Positions 32,979-46,074 are shown, numbered from the stretch's first letter. The stretch is DNA of 64,000 bases from Sporopachydermia quercuum (GCA_001599295.1 BCGN01000001.1:1240001-1304000); one strand, 5' to 3'. The notes: generated by a model from the letters alone, not told the origin. Numbers and translations are program-made.

Positions 32979-35900
32979 CTTCAAAGAAGTTTGATCAATG
33001 TATGTTTATTTTGCCTTAAAAAGTTATTAGTTGAAAACCAAAACTCTGTTAATGATTAAATGTCGAATCAATAGTGATGTTTGCTGGAAATGGTGTTTTT
33101 CATTTATATTGCATTGGTCAAGATCTGATTCGTGATAGGAAACATTGAATCTTTGGGCGATGATGTGATATATATAGAATGAGAGCGCTGATGAAAGAAG
33201 AATTGAAAAGAATTTAAGAAAAATACAAAATGAGATAAGACAATCAGAAAATACCACTTCGAGTAATCTGATTTAGTTTCCACGGTATTACTGGATATAG
33301 ATTGGTTTATCTGTTTACTGACGAACAATGGATATACTGAAATAGTTGATTGATAGGTAGAATTGCTCTGGAGTCAAAGTTACAAGTAAGGTTTAAAATG
33401 ATAAAATAAGGGCTGAAGCTTAATTAACGTTTCTAACCTTAACTAAGGAAGTTTCGCAAGCGACTGAAACTTCGAAATTTCTCACTAACGATAAGTAGTT
33501 GATAACTTTAAACCAAGTAGACTTTGGTGGATAAAACCAACCGAATGATAGAGCAAGATTATAATCAACTAATTGTTTATTGAAAAATGCGACGTTGTCA
33601 AATGTAGTCAGCTGCATGAGGCTTCACTCCTGTTAAAGCCTTAGGTGGTGTGGGGCCTACCAAATAACTTAGATCATTGAGTAAAATAGGAAGTTGAATA
33701 GAAAATTGTGCTATAATACTGCTATCTAGGGACCTCCCATTGAGCCTTATTGAATACGAACTGCAGACTCATTGTACTTGCTTCAACTGCAACTAAAGAA
33801 AACTAAAGTACACCTTCAGTTTAATAACTCTGTATCGAATAAAGCTTGTCATTCACTATCATGCTTGACTCAGTTGAATCTAATCATCCTCTTGACAGAT
33901 CCAGGTGTTAGTGAAAGAGGACAGATCAACTAATCAATTCGTAAGAATATCAAAATAAAGTTCATCAATTCATCTGATTTATGATTTCTTGTTTTTTCCT
34001 TAAGAACAAACTATAATGTTGCTTGCTACAGAAAAATTTAACTTCTGTAGTATTCCTCTCGCTATTTACCAATGCTATGCTATTGAGTTGATAGCTTTCT
34101 TTTTGTACTATACTGTTCTCTGTTTATCCAAGATCTTCCAAGATAGATGAGATCATATTCTTGATTGTGCAGATTTGAAGTCAGGAAATTTTTATAGTAA
34201 TAAAAGTGATCATCTTAATTACTATTTTAATCATACACACTTTGATGTCTCTATGCAAAATTAGAGGAACACTAGACTCATAAATACTAGCTACTGCTTT
34301 TGATTCAGCTCTCACATATGTTCTAACTGAAAAATTAATGATAAGTTTGCTATGTAGTTATGTATATGTAATTTAGTCGAGGTCCATAATGCACGCGTGT
34401 AGTAATCCTCTTCGTCAGTCTTAGCCTGATAATAGCTATGCTGACTACATTTGATGTGCTATATTCAATGTTTTGGAGTTTTTCCAGATTTGAAGACAAA
34501 TGAGGGTAAACTGAAAATCATCAGTGAGTTTCATGAATATTTTGATCTTAAGTATACCAAAGCATATAGTGNGACTTCATTCAAGATGATTATTCCAGAA
34601 AAGGAATATCCACCTCAAGCTATACTTAATGCGCTTAGGAAACCGTTATTTGATTTCGGTTAATGACTTTGTGAATATATAGTTAAATCAGTTGGGATAA
34701 AACCACTATTTCTAAGCTTCTATTAGTTTCTAGGATGTTTAGTATTGTTCAATTACCAAAACATAGAGCTTGTAGAGTATGAATGCTGATGCCATGTTGT
34801 GAGATATTATACGTCGAGATAGTTAGCAAAAACAAAACTTGCTATTAATAACGTTATTTTACTCAGATTTGTCAGTTTTCAACACAACCATTTCATTGTA
34901 CGTTCAAGAGTCCTTTTGTCATCAAATTGCGAATAGTCGACATTTCATTAAGGACAAAACTTAAAACTAAGGTTTGAACCTTTTAGTTAGTATTTAAAAC
35001 AAAAAGTCGTTTATTCCACTGAATAAGGCAACTGAGTAAAAGGTTCGATAAATCAAAACTCTATTCTTATCTAAATTATTCCTTAGCATGAACCATAATT
35101 TTGACTCAATTTTTCTCTGCCGCAATTTACATTTTATCACGCATCATTTAATTTGCTCTATTCTATATATTGGGCTAAGCCAAAATTCTATTGAGATTAG
35201 TCCAAAAGTTCTCAAAGTCGGGAATGCTTAATTAAGTCATAGGCTTCGAATAATCCCTACGCTTAACCTGCATATCTAACGTCTATTCTTCTACTTTCAA
35301 CATGAATTTCAATATCATCGCTCTAACTAAGATCTACTACTACCAATTTTTTTCAAACCATTCACATCAAGTTGTTATTAGCATCTTTAATGCTTATTAT
35401 TTTATCTGATCGATATCAAATTAAATGTATTGTTTAAATTCTGCTATCATAGCTATCTAAAGTACTAAGTTTCATAATTCTAAGAATTCACTTCTGCCTA
35501 TCAATCTGCAAAGTATAATAATGAATAAATAAATATAATGCCCTGGAATTTCTTTTCTATATAAAATAGTACCGTCATTTGAAAATAACGAAAAATCTGA
35601 GGATAATAGAACTGTATTCAATCTGTTTCCTTCTTTTCTTTTAAAAAAGATCGACAGATTCGTTAAAATAAGAAAATACTGCTTCCATACCATACCATTC
35701 TCTATGAGATAATTAACCATTGTCAGTATTGTACAAGTATGATAGAATAACCAAATACAAAATATTGGCAACAACAAAAAGTGAAACATTTATAAAATAA
35801 GTGCGAGATGTGAAGTAATAAAAAAATCAAATCCGTTGAAGTACATAAATTAGTAACAGTTCAATTACGTGATAACAAATCGCATTCCTAAAGGCCATCT

Positions 35901-38112
35901 CTCTCATTGTATCAAATCATCCGAAACCACTAAGAGATTCAATGCCTAACGAAATAGAAAAAGAGTGAAAAGTTTAAGCCATTTATTATTAATATTGTTT
36001 ATATGAGAGAATTTCCTCTTTTTGAACTGGTCAGTCAAAGAACCAACATGATGACAATCACTCACTTGGATTTCCGAGCCTTTTAGATAAATCCTGTAAC
36101 CAATTAGAATGAAACGGAACCTACACAATATTCCTACAAATATATTTACTTTTTATACTTTTAATTAACCCTATCATCACTTATCAGATTATACAGTATC
36201 TTTCAGATCGCCGCTCTCAATCATTTGCAGATTTGGTGACAAGAGCAAACNTACCTATCAATGATCATTACAGAAGGAAACAAGAGAAAAACTTACTTTT
36301 ANCATTCGAGCAAATTAAGAGCAAACATTATAGTTATCTTGATAAAAGATAATCAGCATTTTATTTTTAACTCTAATTGCTTTACTGAACTTAACAGAAA
36401 TCGTTTGCTTGGTTGTTGTTTGGGATGGTTGAATAGAATTATGTTTTACTGAAAATATCAACAGATAATGTATACTAATTATAAAATTGATACAAGATTA
36501 TGACTGTTTTTATTATAATTTTGCTGCATGAATATTAAATGTCAATGATTTACTCAATTTCATAGTACGGTAAGATGAGAGCTGTAAGTTATCTTGTCAA
36601 GCAATTTGCTCATCTCAACCGAAAAATTTGAAACTAAGGAAACAAAAGAAAATATTGGCAAAAAATGTAGAAGCATTGATAATAAATTATAGTGGTTAAT
36701 AAAATAAAAAGATAAAAAGAAGATAAAGGTCATTTGGGGAAAGTAGCTCTTCATAGTTCAATTCAATTCATTTCAGCCAGCAAGAAATCGTCAAATAAAA
36801 AGAACGAATGAACAAGACCCAAATTATAAAGCTCCAAGATCGACTAGAGACTATTACTACAAGTACATAAAATTTGAATATTTTTAATAACAAAAATTTA
36901 AACTATGAAAGAAACAAAGACGAAAGCAGAAATGCTTCCGTTTGAGTTTTAGTACTGTTGCTCTTCCTGATGAATCGTCAAATGAGAATTCGATATTCGA
37001 TCCAAACGAATCTTTTTCTTTGATACCCTGTATTCTGATTTGAAATGTAGAGATTGTATTTAAATAAGACTTATTTCAAGTTGAATGAAGAAACATAGTA
37101 TTATATTACTCTTACTAAGGCTAGGTAATGAAGTTGGTCAAGTTCTGCTCCTCTACTCAATTATTCAATCAAACTAGTTACAAGAGAAACCGGATTCTAC
37201 GACCAATTTTTTACANTTTTTTTTGCTATTTTCAACATTAGTATTAGTGCAATTATCATGAATATAGTTAATATTTTTGCTTGTAAGTTGGTTTGAAAGA
37301 AGCTTTCTTTGTTTCCTAAGAAAAAAATCTTGCAAGCGTTTCGGAAAGTGATTATTGGCTGAATTGTATGTTCATCTGGGATGAGTTACCTTCAATTTAT
37401 TGGTCCGGAAGGAAGTTACTAATGAATTTTAATATTGTTATAATAGATGATATCTACTCTATCTTCAAAGTGCTCAGTTTCACCTGCTTATCATTTTAAT
37501 TGGCGTATGCCGATCATGGAACAGCTACAATTCATGTTAACTGAAAAGTGTGAAAGTGGCAGCTGTGAAGAACCCTCCTCAGACTGATATGCCAATTGTA
37601 AATGGTAAATTGTAATTTCTCTTATTCATAGAAGTAAGAAAGAATTTAGAAGAATACCCATCATATACCACCAACTATAAACCGATGATAAAATATGGCG
37701 AAAAACAACAGAAAACAAGGAAGAACGAATTATCAATCTAAAAAAAACAAAGTAAAAGGGGAAAATGAAACGACAATAGCTTTGATTTTATAATTATAAT
37801 AAATACAAAGTTAATTCATTCAATCTACAAACCATTTAAGTTGAGATAAGCAGCAAAATACCTAATGAGAGTTATAACAACAACAAAAGTAATTCAATGT
37901 TAAGAAAACAAAGAAAGAAAAAAAAAAAGACATAACAAAATGGTCAAGGTTGACTGCGAAAACTAAAGTAGGATCGAAAAGGAACTGTAAATTATTTCAA
38001 GTCTCAGGGAAGCTAATAGAACTAAAAGGTTAATAGTAATTATGTGCTATTATTCCAATTATTGTTCCTATCCCTATCCCAATGTTATCCTATCCTAATC
38101 GTGATGTAACAT

Positions 38113-39381
38113 TTACTCCTCCGAACTCGATTCATCAGATTCTTCCTCAGCATTATCTAGCCATTCAATAAAAGGCTTAGCAGCCAAACGAACGCTCTTA
38201 GAAACATCTTTTGGTACATACTTCTTTGAAACTTTGGAAGCCCAGTTTCTTAAAACAGTTTCCGAAATAACCTCTTCATTATATAATTCAATTAAAACTC
38301 TTGGTATAACTTTCTTTAATTCTGGTCTTTCTAAGCCAACAAATCTCTCAATTCCACCTAAAAATGCCTTTTCGTGCTCAGATGTAGTAATCAATTTGCT
38401 CAATAAACCAGTGTGTGTTTCAATCTCATCAACAATATCATCATCAAATAATGTTTGAGCCAATACATGAACGGTATGGATTGAATCAACAATATCTAAA
38501 GACTTAGCCTTCTTGTAAATATCAACATCAGAAGGCAAATTCTCTTTATCTTCACCAAAGGAAATAATCCAATCACCAAAGGTAGCGTAGGGGGTTTCAT
38601 TATCTTCCTCGTCAATACCTCTATCAGCAATAGATAATGCTTCTAGTTCCTTTGCTCTAGCTTTAACAGCTTCTTCTGAAGTATCGACATCCCAATCATC
38701 AACACTGACTTCAGTAACAGCTAATGCTGCAGCCTCCGCGTTGATTCTTCTGGTCAATTCGTCATCATCATTATAATCATCATCGTCATTACCTTCAACT
38801 TCACTGGTTGTAACATCAGGACTGTTTGCTCCATCTTGATTATCATGAGCGGCTGCAATATCAGAGATCGTTGTACCATTACCTAATTGTGCAGAAGCAT
38901 GAGCAGCCTTCTTGGTCTTCTTTGATGATTTACTACTACTTGCAGCATTCTTCAAAATATAAGTAGTTAGTTTCTGACGAGGATCAATTGGCCTTCTCTG
39001 ACCACAAGCTTTACAATTCTTTGTGATCGTCCCGCTTTTATTATCAATTTCTAAATCAGTTTCAGGATTCTTACAAGCAGGACATAAAACAAAATTGTTA
39101 ATGAACGTATCAAGAATTTCTTGTAATCTTTCAGTATCATGTTGACCATTGACAAGATAACGATCATTTGATTCTTCGATTTTGGTTTGAGCGCCCAATT
39201 CAAACCCGAAAAACTTGACAACGTAACTTGGTGGTCTTGATAAAGCTCTTGCAACATCTGACATGTTTATAACATTTGTTTTGATACCATTACCTCTACC
39301 CTCAGTTTTTGATTGTAGGGCAGGCATCTTATACCGATAGAAGGGATCAGTGTTACTTCTGCAAATATTATAGGTAGCCAT
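38113..39381 (-). CDS. TIF5: Translation initiation factor eIF5
   Basis: DPFYRYKMP, EGRGNGIKT, FFGFELGAQT, Zn ribbon CPACKNPET...CKACG, and a C-terminal W2 domain ending KPFIEWLDNAEEES. Confidence 0.97.
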   Translation of the reverse strand: MATYNICRSNTDPFYRYKMPALQSKTEGRGNGIKTNVINMSDVARALSRPPSYVVKFFGFELGAQTKIEESNDRYLVNGQHDTERLQEILDTFINNFVLCPACKNPETDLEIDNKSGTITKNCKACGQRRPIDPRQKLTTYILKNAASSSKSSKKTKKAAHASAQLGNGTTISDIAAAHDNQDGANSPDVTTSEVEGNDDDDYNDDDELTRRINAEAAALAVTEVSVDDWDVDTSEEAVKARAKELEALSIADRGIDEEDNETPYATFGDWIISFGEDKENLPSDVDIYKKAKSLDIVDSIHTVHVLAQTLFDDDIVDEIETHTGLLSKLITTSEHEKAFLGGIERFVGLERPELKKVIPRVLIELYNEEVISETVLRNWASKVSKKYVPKDVSKSVRLAAKPFIEWLDNAEEESDESSSEE

Positions 39382-40987
39382 TTTGATGTTTGTTTGCCGG
39401 TCGAATTATATATAGTTTGATTCTAGTGATATTTATGCTTTTATCCCCTTTTTTTGTTTCTTCTTTCTATCAGTTGTTTTTTTTTTTGTTTTTTCTTTAT
39501 GTTTAACTCATTAATGGTTATGATGTATATGCCGTATACTCAAACTGTTGTAGCTATTATAATAGCAACATATATTATCAATAATAACAAGGGATGAATG
39601 CATAAGCCTTACTTATTACTTTAACAATTTACTCAATAAGCAAACTTCTTCTGCTTGAGGATATCAACAAAACTAAAGTAGCTTGATGGGAGAACACAAA
39701 TAGGAGCAGTTAATCTTAAGCTTTGAAGAACTTGTTATACTTCTTCTTCTTCTTGATATGAATAGCAACACTCACTCAGAGACAGGTCTTGACAAGTTGA
39801 TGATACTGCGGTTTTTCCTTTCGGTTTAGGAAACACGATTCAAATGAACAAATAGTGTTATTGGTTGAATCTCAGGTATTGTTGCTCGGTAATTCGATAG
39901 TAGAGTTGGGGTATAAATAAATGATCTGTATGTATATAATGTGATGAATGAATAAGAAGAATGTGTACCAACCAGTGATTCGTGTGCAGTTTGAAAGGAA
40001 AAATCTGAAAATTTTCATTTTGTACGATGGTTGGAGAATGGGTCTGTCCGGGAAAACAGAAAGAGACGTAAGGGACAAGAACGTGACAGGGAAATGCAAA
40101 AACTCCTTTGAACTTAATAATGGAGGGGGCAGAAGTGTGAGATAATATATTGTTTCGAAGAAAAATAATGAAGGTAAAGAGCAACGCACCCACCAAAAGG
40201 ACAAAAGAAATAGGAGAGTATAAATGTATTTTGCCGCGTTCCTCAACTTTAGATGAACGTTCTAATGAGGATTTCTGAAGATAATTAGATTAGACTGTCC
40301 GCTAGGTTAGATCTAACCTAAGCTATTCAGAGTGAGACATAGTTTTTATCTCAGATTCACATAATAAAGGAACCAAAAGCAGATAGCAACAAATGAAATA
40401 TGTATCCCAAATAATTGTTATCAAGATTGAAATTCCGTCTCCTCTTATGTGCCACCCTCAAGTATATTCTATCTGATCATACTTTCTTTGCCACAGGATC
40501 ATGTTGTCCGGTATACCTTTCTTCAGAGGCGCCCTCTAGGTGAGTGCTCTCAAACATTGATACAATATATTACATTGATCCCTGTTATGGGACGCTATCT
40601 ATCTACTTTTATTCCCGACCCTTTTTAATATTCTTAGGTGTATGTGAGAGTCTATCAAAAGAGTCTCGATGTAATGGTGTATCTTCAACATCTACTTGCC
40701 TTCACTATGTGTTCAACATATCCATCAATCGGATGAACATATTGCTTTATTATATAATTGAATATAGTAACTTTAAATGTTTTAATATCTAATAGGAAGT
40801 ATTTATGGGCTTGCTCTGGCTTATAATTGGTCTGCATAGTTTAAGATAGAGTCTTCTATCATTTAAGCCCTCAGCAATTGACTGATCTTACCATACACTA
40901 TCCTCTACTCATCATCATCGTATTGTCTACCTGTCTGTCAATAAATGCTCATCTAGAGAAACATACAAAACATATTTCTTTCTCAAA

Positions 40988-41890
40988 ATGTCTGAGAAGA
41001 AAACAATTCATTATTTCTTGGCTTTACAAAGGTCAGGAACATATGCTACAATGACCCCTGAGGATCTATTCGAAAACTGGTCAGACTTAGCAAACTACCT
41101 GAATATAAATTTGGGATCACTTAAGGACAGCAATCTTTATGACCTGCTTGAACTTCATTTCTACCTATGCATATTGACAAATCATGATATAGAAGCTAAA
41201 AATATGCTTGATATGATAGCGGATAAATTTGATCATACTCTTTCTCAAAGGTTGGGCGTGTTAACTAGTTTTTTCATTCAAGCAGCTGCACCTAATGGTG
41301 AGATCAATGGCACTGGCAGTAATGACAGTTTAAAGTACCTAGAAGCAAGAGATCCTAACGAAACCGATTGTATTAAGAGGAAAATAGGTATTATAAAAGG
41401 AGTTGGCAGGATTGCTGTTACAATATCTGAGTTAATTGATTATTTAGATCTTAGGCCAACAGATGCAGAGGCATGGTGTGAATTGGCAGAATTGTATGCA
41501 ATAAACGCTAACTTTGACGAAGCAATTTATAGTCTACAAAGGGCATTAATAGTTATTCCTTTAGCTTATAACGTGTTTGCAAGAATCGGGGAAATCTATC
41601 ATGAGAAAACTATCATTTTTTCGCACGGTAAATCAGATAACCTGATACTTGGAAACAAACACTTTCTACGATCTGTGGAACTGTTTGCTGACTATGTACG
41701 TGGTTGGGCTGGCGTGTACACTTGCAGTAAAGAATTATTAGCACTACGAGGTAACGAGAAGTTAGTTGATGAGGAAGAAAAGAAATATGAGAAGCTACTG
41801 GAGTTAAGCAAGTCACAGCTAGAGCGCATAGTTGAGAATCAACTGGCAAGCGAGAAAGACCTCGTTGCTGCTAAATTGGTACTTCAATAA
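40988..41890 (+). CDS. EMC2: TPR protein, probable ER membrane complex subunit 2
   Basis: 300 aa. YLDLRPTDAEAWCELAELY, PLAYNVFARIGE, HFLRSVEL and YVRGWAGV match the Emc2/Oca3 TPR pattern. Confidence 0.72.
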   Translation: MSEKKTIHYFLALQRSGTYATMTPEDLFENWSDLANYLNINLGSLKDSNLYDLLELHFYLCILTNHDIEAKNMLDMIADKFDHTLSQRLGVLTSFFIQAAAPNGEINGTGSNDSLKYLEARDPNETDCIKRKIGIIKGVGRIAVTISELIDYLDLRPTDAEAWCELAELYAINANFDEAIYSLQRALIVIPLAYNVFARIGEIYHEKTIIFSHGKSDNLILGNKHFLRSVELFADYVRGWAGVYTCSKELLALRGNEKLVDEEEKKYEKLLELSKSQLERIVENQLASEKDLVAAKLVLQ

Positions 41891-42063
41891 ACTTAGACAT
41901 AACAAAAGGTATCCATCCGTTTTCAAATAATTACTATTATCAATTACATTGATTAAAACATTCACAAAAAATTCCTATATACAAGTAAGTTATCCCAATT
42001 GCTCACTAAACAATGACTGATTATTCAGTAGAAGAAGATCCGATACAGCATGGCATAATTGCT

Positions 42064-43149
42064 TTATCGCACAATTGCTTTCTCTATTGTTTCTGCTTTT
42101 ATGGGGAGCTTACTAGCTACCCAATTAGCATCTCGCAGATAGCTTGTTGGATCCTTCACACCAAATGGTACCATTCTCTTTACTTTGTCATACACCATTT
42201 CCTGCTCACGATAATCTCTCATCACCAATCCTTCTTTGAACTCAACGTATAGTCTTGTATCTCTAATACGGAATAGAACATTATCAATTCTCAAGAAAAA
42301 TCTCATCAGTAGTAACATTCTTTCCGGCATAACTCTTATCTTGAGATTCAACACCGATATACCATTATCACCTAATTCGTCTTCATATAAAACCATGTCA
42401 TCAAAAAACAGTATAGGATCAGGTCTTGATAATTTATCTACTGGTAATTTATCATCTGTGGGTTCGAATTTGATCCCAATATCTGTTTCATTAGCCAATT
42501 CGATATGCCCTTTATAATCAGTAGAGTATGTCCAATCGTAACGACGAAGTATTCCTTTAGAATCCTCTTGACGAGCAGACATCCAAGCTTTAGAATGAGC
42601 AACTTGTAGTAGTTCACCAGCTTTTGTCTCCTTTTGAACGTTCTCTAGAGCTTTGATTGTACTGAAACTAACACACCAGCCGATTTTGTCATTGCTCACT
42701 ATTACTCTGTTATGACCAAAGATCATTTCCGGTACAGGTATTCCAACGTGCTTTTCGACTGCCTCAATTTCTCCAGATGCCAAAATTGGCTCCCGGAAAG
42801 TGAATATCGACCAATCCCCAACAGATATTGAGGGAGACTGTGTCAATGGGTATGTTGCCACTGGTGATGGAATAATCATCCGCCCACATTGAGTGCAAGT
42901 GGGGTGTGATGTTGATTCCTGTGTGCAAGTATGAGTTGGAGGAGATGGATGTAAGGCACGGTCTAGAGAAGGCTGTGGCATTCTTGATTCAGTTATTGTA
43001 GTTGTTTCCGTCGTGATTTTAGTTGTTATTGTTTCATTGGGCCTCGATGGTACTGTGAAGTTCTCCTTTTTCCTTTCTATTCGTATCATAGGGATACGAG
43101 ACGCAGGCCTAGCAGGCACTGGCTGAGTTGGATCTTGTCTTGGAATCAT
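42064..43149 (-). CDS. TIP41: TOR signalling / PP2A regulator Tip41
   Basis: CTQCGRMIIPSP, PEMIFGHN, YDWTYSTDYKG, DPILFFDDMVLYEDELGDNGISVL and RFFLRIDNVLFRIRDTR. The first ATG is at 43149. Confidence 0.95.
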   Translation of the reverse strand: MIPRQDPTQPVPARPASRIPMIRIERKKENFTVPSRPNETITTKITTETTTITESRMPQPSLDRALHPSPPTHTCTQESTSHPTCTQCGRMIIPSPVATYPLTQSPSISVGDWSIFTFREPILASGEIEAVEKHVGIPVPEMIFGHNRVIVSNDKIGWCVSFSTIKALENVQKETKAGELLQVAHSKAWMSARQEDSKGILRRYDWTYSTDYKGHIELANETDIGIKFEPTDDKLPVDKLSRPDPILFFDDMVLYEDELGDNGISVLNLKIRVMPERMLLLMRFFLRIDNVLFRIRDTRLYVEFKEGLVMRDYREQEMVYDKVKRMVPFGVKDPTSYLRDANWVASKLPIKAETIEKAIVR

Positions 43150-44090
43150 CACTGTTTATCTGAGAAGTAAGCAAAAAGTAGAGGCAGTAACTAACAACAT
43201 ACAATTGGTTCTGACGTATTATTTGTTGACTTTTGGCGGAATAAATGGAAGAATTTACATGAATGGGTAGATTACTAGGAAGTATCTATCTATGTTCATC
43301 TCATCATGCTTTTGATAAAGAAGGAAAAGTAAATGTTGGTTTTCAGGAGATCATCAAACATGTGAATTTACATTTGCATGGGATTGCAGAATATACGCGC
43401 TGATTGTGCATTAAGATTGGGATGATCATCAAAGGTGAGCTTAGAGGTGAACAGATGAAATATTTCTAGAAATGGGGTGTAATGAAAAAATATTGTTTTC
43501 TATATTTATAACTGAGAAATTGAAGCCCGTAATTAAAAATAGATTAGATTGGAGACTGATTTTATAAGTTTGTTTGATCTTTGTTCTATGATATTAAGAG
43601 ATATTCTCATAATGTCGAAGACTCGGGATTAGTAATTTATACTCATGGATGATGACTCTGGAAAGAGGATATTTTTCTGTGATAATTACCACCCTGGAAA
43701 CACAGAAAACATCTCAGCATTACTCCAACGTCTACATATTTCTTCCCTTGCACAATAGTTTTGTTTTCTTTTAAAACAATAGTATATAGTCCTTCTCAAT
43801 GTCAGCTCACTTACTCATCCATGCATATTTGATGCATAAGCCCTTCATGCAAATATGCTTTATCATGAAAACCTTATTTTTAGGTCTACAAAACCTACCA
43901 CGAATTACAATATTCTCTACTACAAAATTGGATCAGCGTTATCAGCCACATTTCTACTTTATCTCATCCACCGCTTTACAGACTGCTCTTTTTCTCGTAT
44001 GCACTTTAATCTACTCAAATATTATATAGAGAGCTAAATTTTATTGCATCTTCATTCCCCTACTTCAATCACGCGTTTCTGTTAGCCACA

Positions 44091-44966
44091 ATGCGAGTGA
44101 TAAGAAAACCAGGAGTAGCACTAGTGACAGCATGTCTGGTCATTATCGTGTTCATGCTTATGTCTCGTAGCTCTAAACTAGAAGGAGCTCCATTAGAAGT
44201 ATCGGAGAGGCAAAATAAGAATGAAGGATACGGAAATTTATCCACAAATGACAAGAATAATGAAGTTGTTTCTGGAGACAAGGGAGATCATGCTGTGGAG
44301 AAAGAATCCAATATTGAGAAACTCAGCAAAGGAGGCGCAGATAACAGTCCTTTAGAACTTACATTAGATAAACCTATTATGCCAGAAATGGGTAACGAAA
44401 CATTGAAAGCTGAACTGGGTAGATCGACTTGGAAGCTGTTCCACACAATTCTTGCAAGATATGCTGAAGAGCCAGCTGAACATGACAGAAGTGTTCTACG
44501 AGACTACCTAAGCTTATTCTCACAAGTGTACCCTTGTGGAGACTGCGCAAAGCATTTTCAAAAGCTGCTGAAAGAATTTCCGCCACAATTAGCTAATAGA
44601 GATACTGCGTCAAACTGGGGATGTTTTGTTCACAATCAAGTTAACAAACGTCTTGGCAAAGAGGAATATGACTGCAGCGATGTAGTAGAAAACTACAACT
44701 GTGGTTGTGGTCCTGAATATGAAGTCGAAGATGATGATGAAAAAGGAAAAGCAACTGGAAAAAAAGACACAGAATTTAAAAATACCGAGAAATCTCTCAC
44801 GTCGTTTGAACAAGCTTTGGGATCATCTAAGGATTCTTTTGAAGAGAAAGAGCCACAGCCTCGTAAGACCAAGTTGATTGGATCTAAAAAATCTGCAGCA
44901 GAAAGGAAAAAGAATTTAGAAGGTATCAAACTTGAATCCAAAGAAGATCTTACTAAAGGAGGCTAA
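44091..44966 (+). CDS. ERV2: ER FAD-linked sulfhydryl oxidase Erv2
   Basis: N-terminal signal anchor, ELGRSTWKLFH, redox YPCGDCA, CFVHNQVNKRL and the CGC shuttle motif (YNCGC). Confidence 0.93.
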   Translation: MRVIRKPGVALVTACLVIIVFMLMSRSSKLEGAPLEVSERQNKNEGYGNLSTNDKNNEVVSGDKGDHAVEKESNIEKLSKGGADNSPLELTLDKPIMPEMGNETLKAELGRSTWKLFHTILARYAEEPAEHDRSVLRDYLSLFSQVYPCGDCAKHFQKLLKEFPPQLANRDTASNWGCFVHNQVNKRLGKEEYDCSDVVENYNCGCGPEYEVEDDDEKGKATGKKDTEFKNTEKSLTSFEQALGSSKDSFEEKEPQPRKTKLIGSKKSAAERKKNLEGIKLESKEDLTKGG

Positions 44967-45092
44967 ATCATAGATCTACGATTCATATTAATGAAGCTTG
45001 ATTAATAATGACTACAACAAATATATCATACGTGGTTTGTCAACGTACTCAAAATAGATTGCTGAATCTGATTGTCGCTCACCATATAATTT

Positions 45093-45519
45093 TCACATTA
45101 TCAAGCAGCATGCTGCATCTTGATGTGCCTTTTTTTGTCTTTTCGTAAGATACGGATTTTGTTCAGCAGTGATTTGTCCCCATATCGAAGGGATCAGCAG
45201 ATCTCTTGTTTGCTTGGTATAATTGATGACCCTAAATTTTGTGGTTAGGATATAGATTTTCTCAATTATTTCTATGTTTTACCTTGTACTTTTATTCCTG
45301 TATTAATTATCAGAAAGAAATTGTTCTCTTCATTGTGAACCAAATTAATACTCACGAAAGATTTGCAGTTGAAGCATGTACCTGTTCTTTACCTAGTTTG
45401 TCTTTTAACTGTTGGCTATAAGCCAAAATACGTTTCAGTTTGAGTTGATTTATTAACTGAGTTTTCCTTTGGACTTCTTCAGCCATAGCCTCATCCATAC
45501 CTAGGAAAGTCGCTGACAT
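45093..45519 (-). CDS. STE18: Heterotrimeric G-protein gamma subunit; 2 exons (45519-45356, 45231-45093)
   Basis: Intron 45355-45232 reads GTGAGT...CCTAAC...TTTAG. The spliced 100-aa product is ...QLKLKRILAYSQQLKDKLGKEQVHASTANLS/VINYTKQTRDLLIPSIWG...ACCLIM*, with the Ste18 core and a terminal CCaaX lipidation motif. Confidence 0.93.
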
Positions 45520-46074
45520 AGTCGATCCGTTCCTCTTCAACTGATAAACTGGTTGCAGTAGGTATTGCAAGTCGTGTGTCTTTTTGAAAATGTAGAGCAG
45601 ATCCACACTCTGCGTTTCAACTTTATTTTATTATTCGTTTTCCACGTTGAACAACTTGCTTACAACTAGTGGACTTTGGAGCACTCAAATAAACCGTCAT
45701 TCATCTTTTTTTTTGCTATCCCAGCTTACTTATATGTTATCCTATCTATATCTATCTGTTCTACAACGATTTCTCACTTCCTTAAACTACTCATCTGTAA
45801 TTAGTTTCAAGATAGAGTCTGAGATTGAGTTTTATGTTTCGAAACTCAATTTCTAAAACCAAACTTAAAATAAGTATCAAGACCTACCCCCATACTAGAA
45901 TTCTGGAATTCCGGAAAAGATAATAAAAGAGAAGCAAGGAATAACAGTCGAAACTGACAGTATCCTTGAGAAAACTGCAAGGGGAATATGATAAATTTGC
46001 AAGCACAAGGAGTCCTATATGATGGATGCAAAAAGAAGCATAGTGATAATGTGTTGAATTGATCAGTTGGAGAA

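Noticed and set aside
39858..40246. ORFs of 112-124 aa upstream of TIF5
   Set aside because: Low-complexity hydrophobic translations of purine/pyrimidine-skewed promoter DNA.
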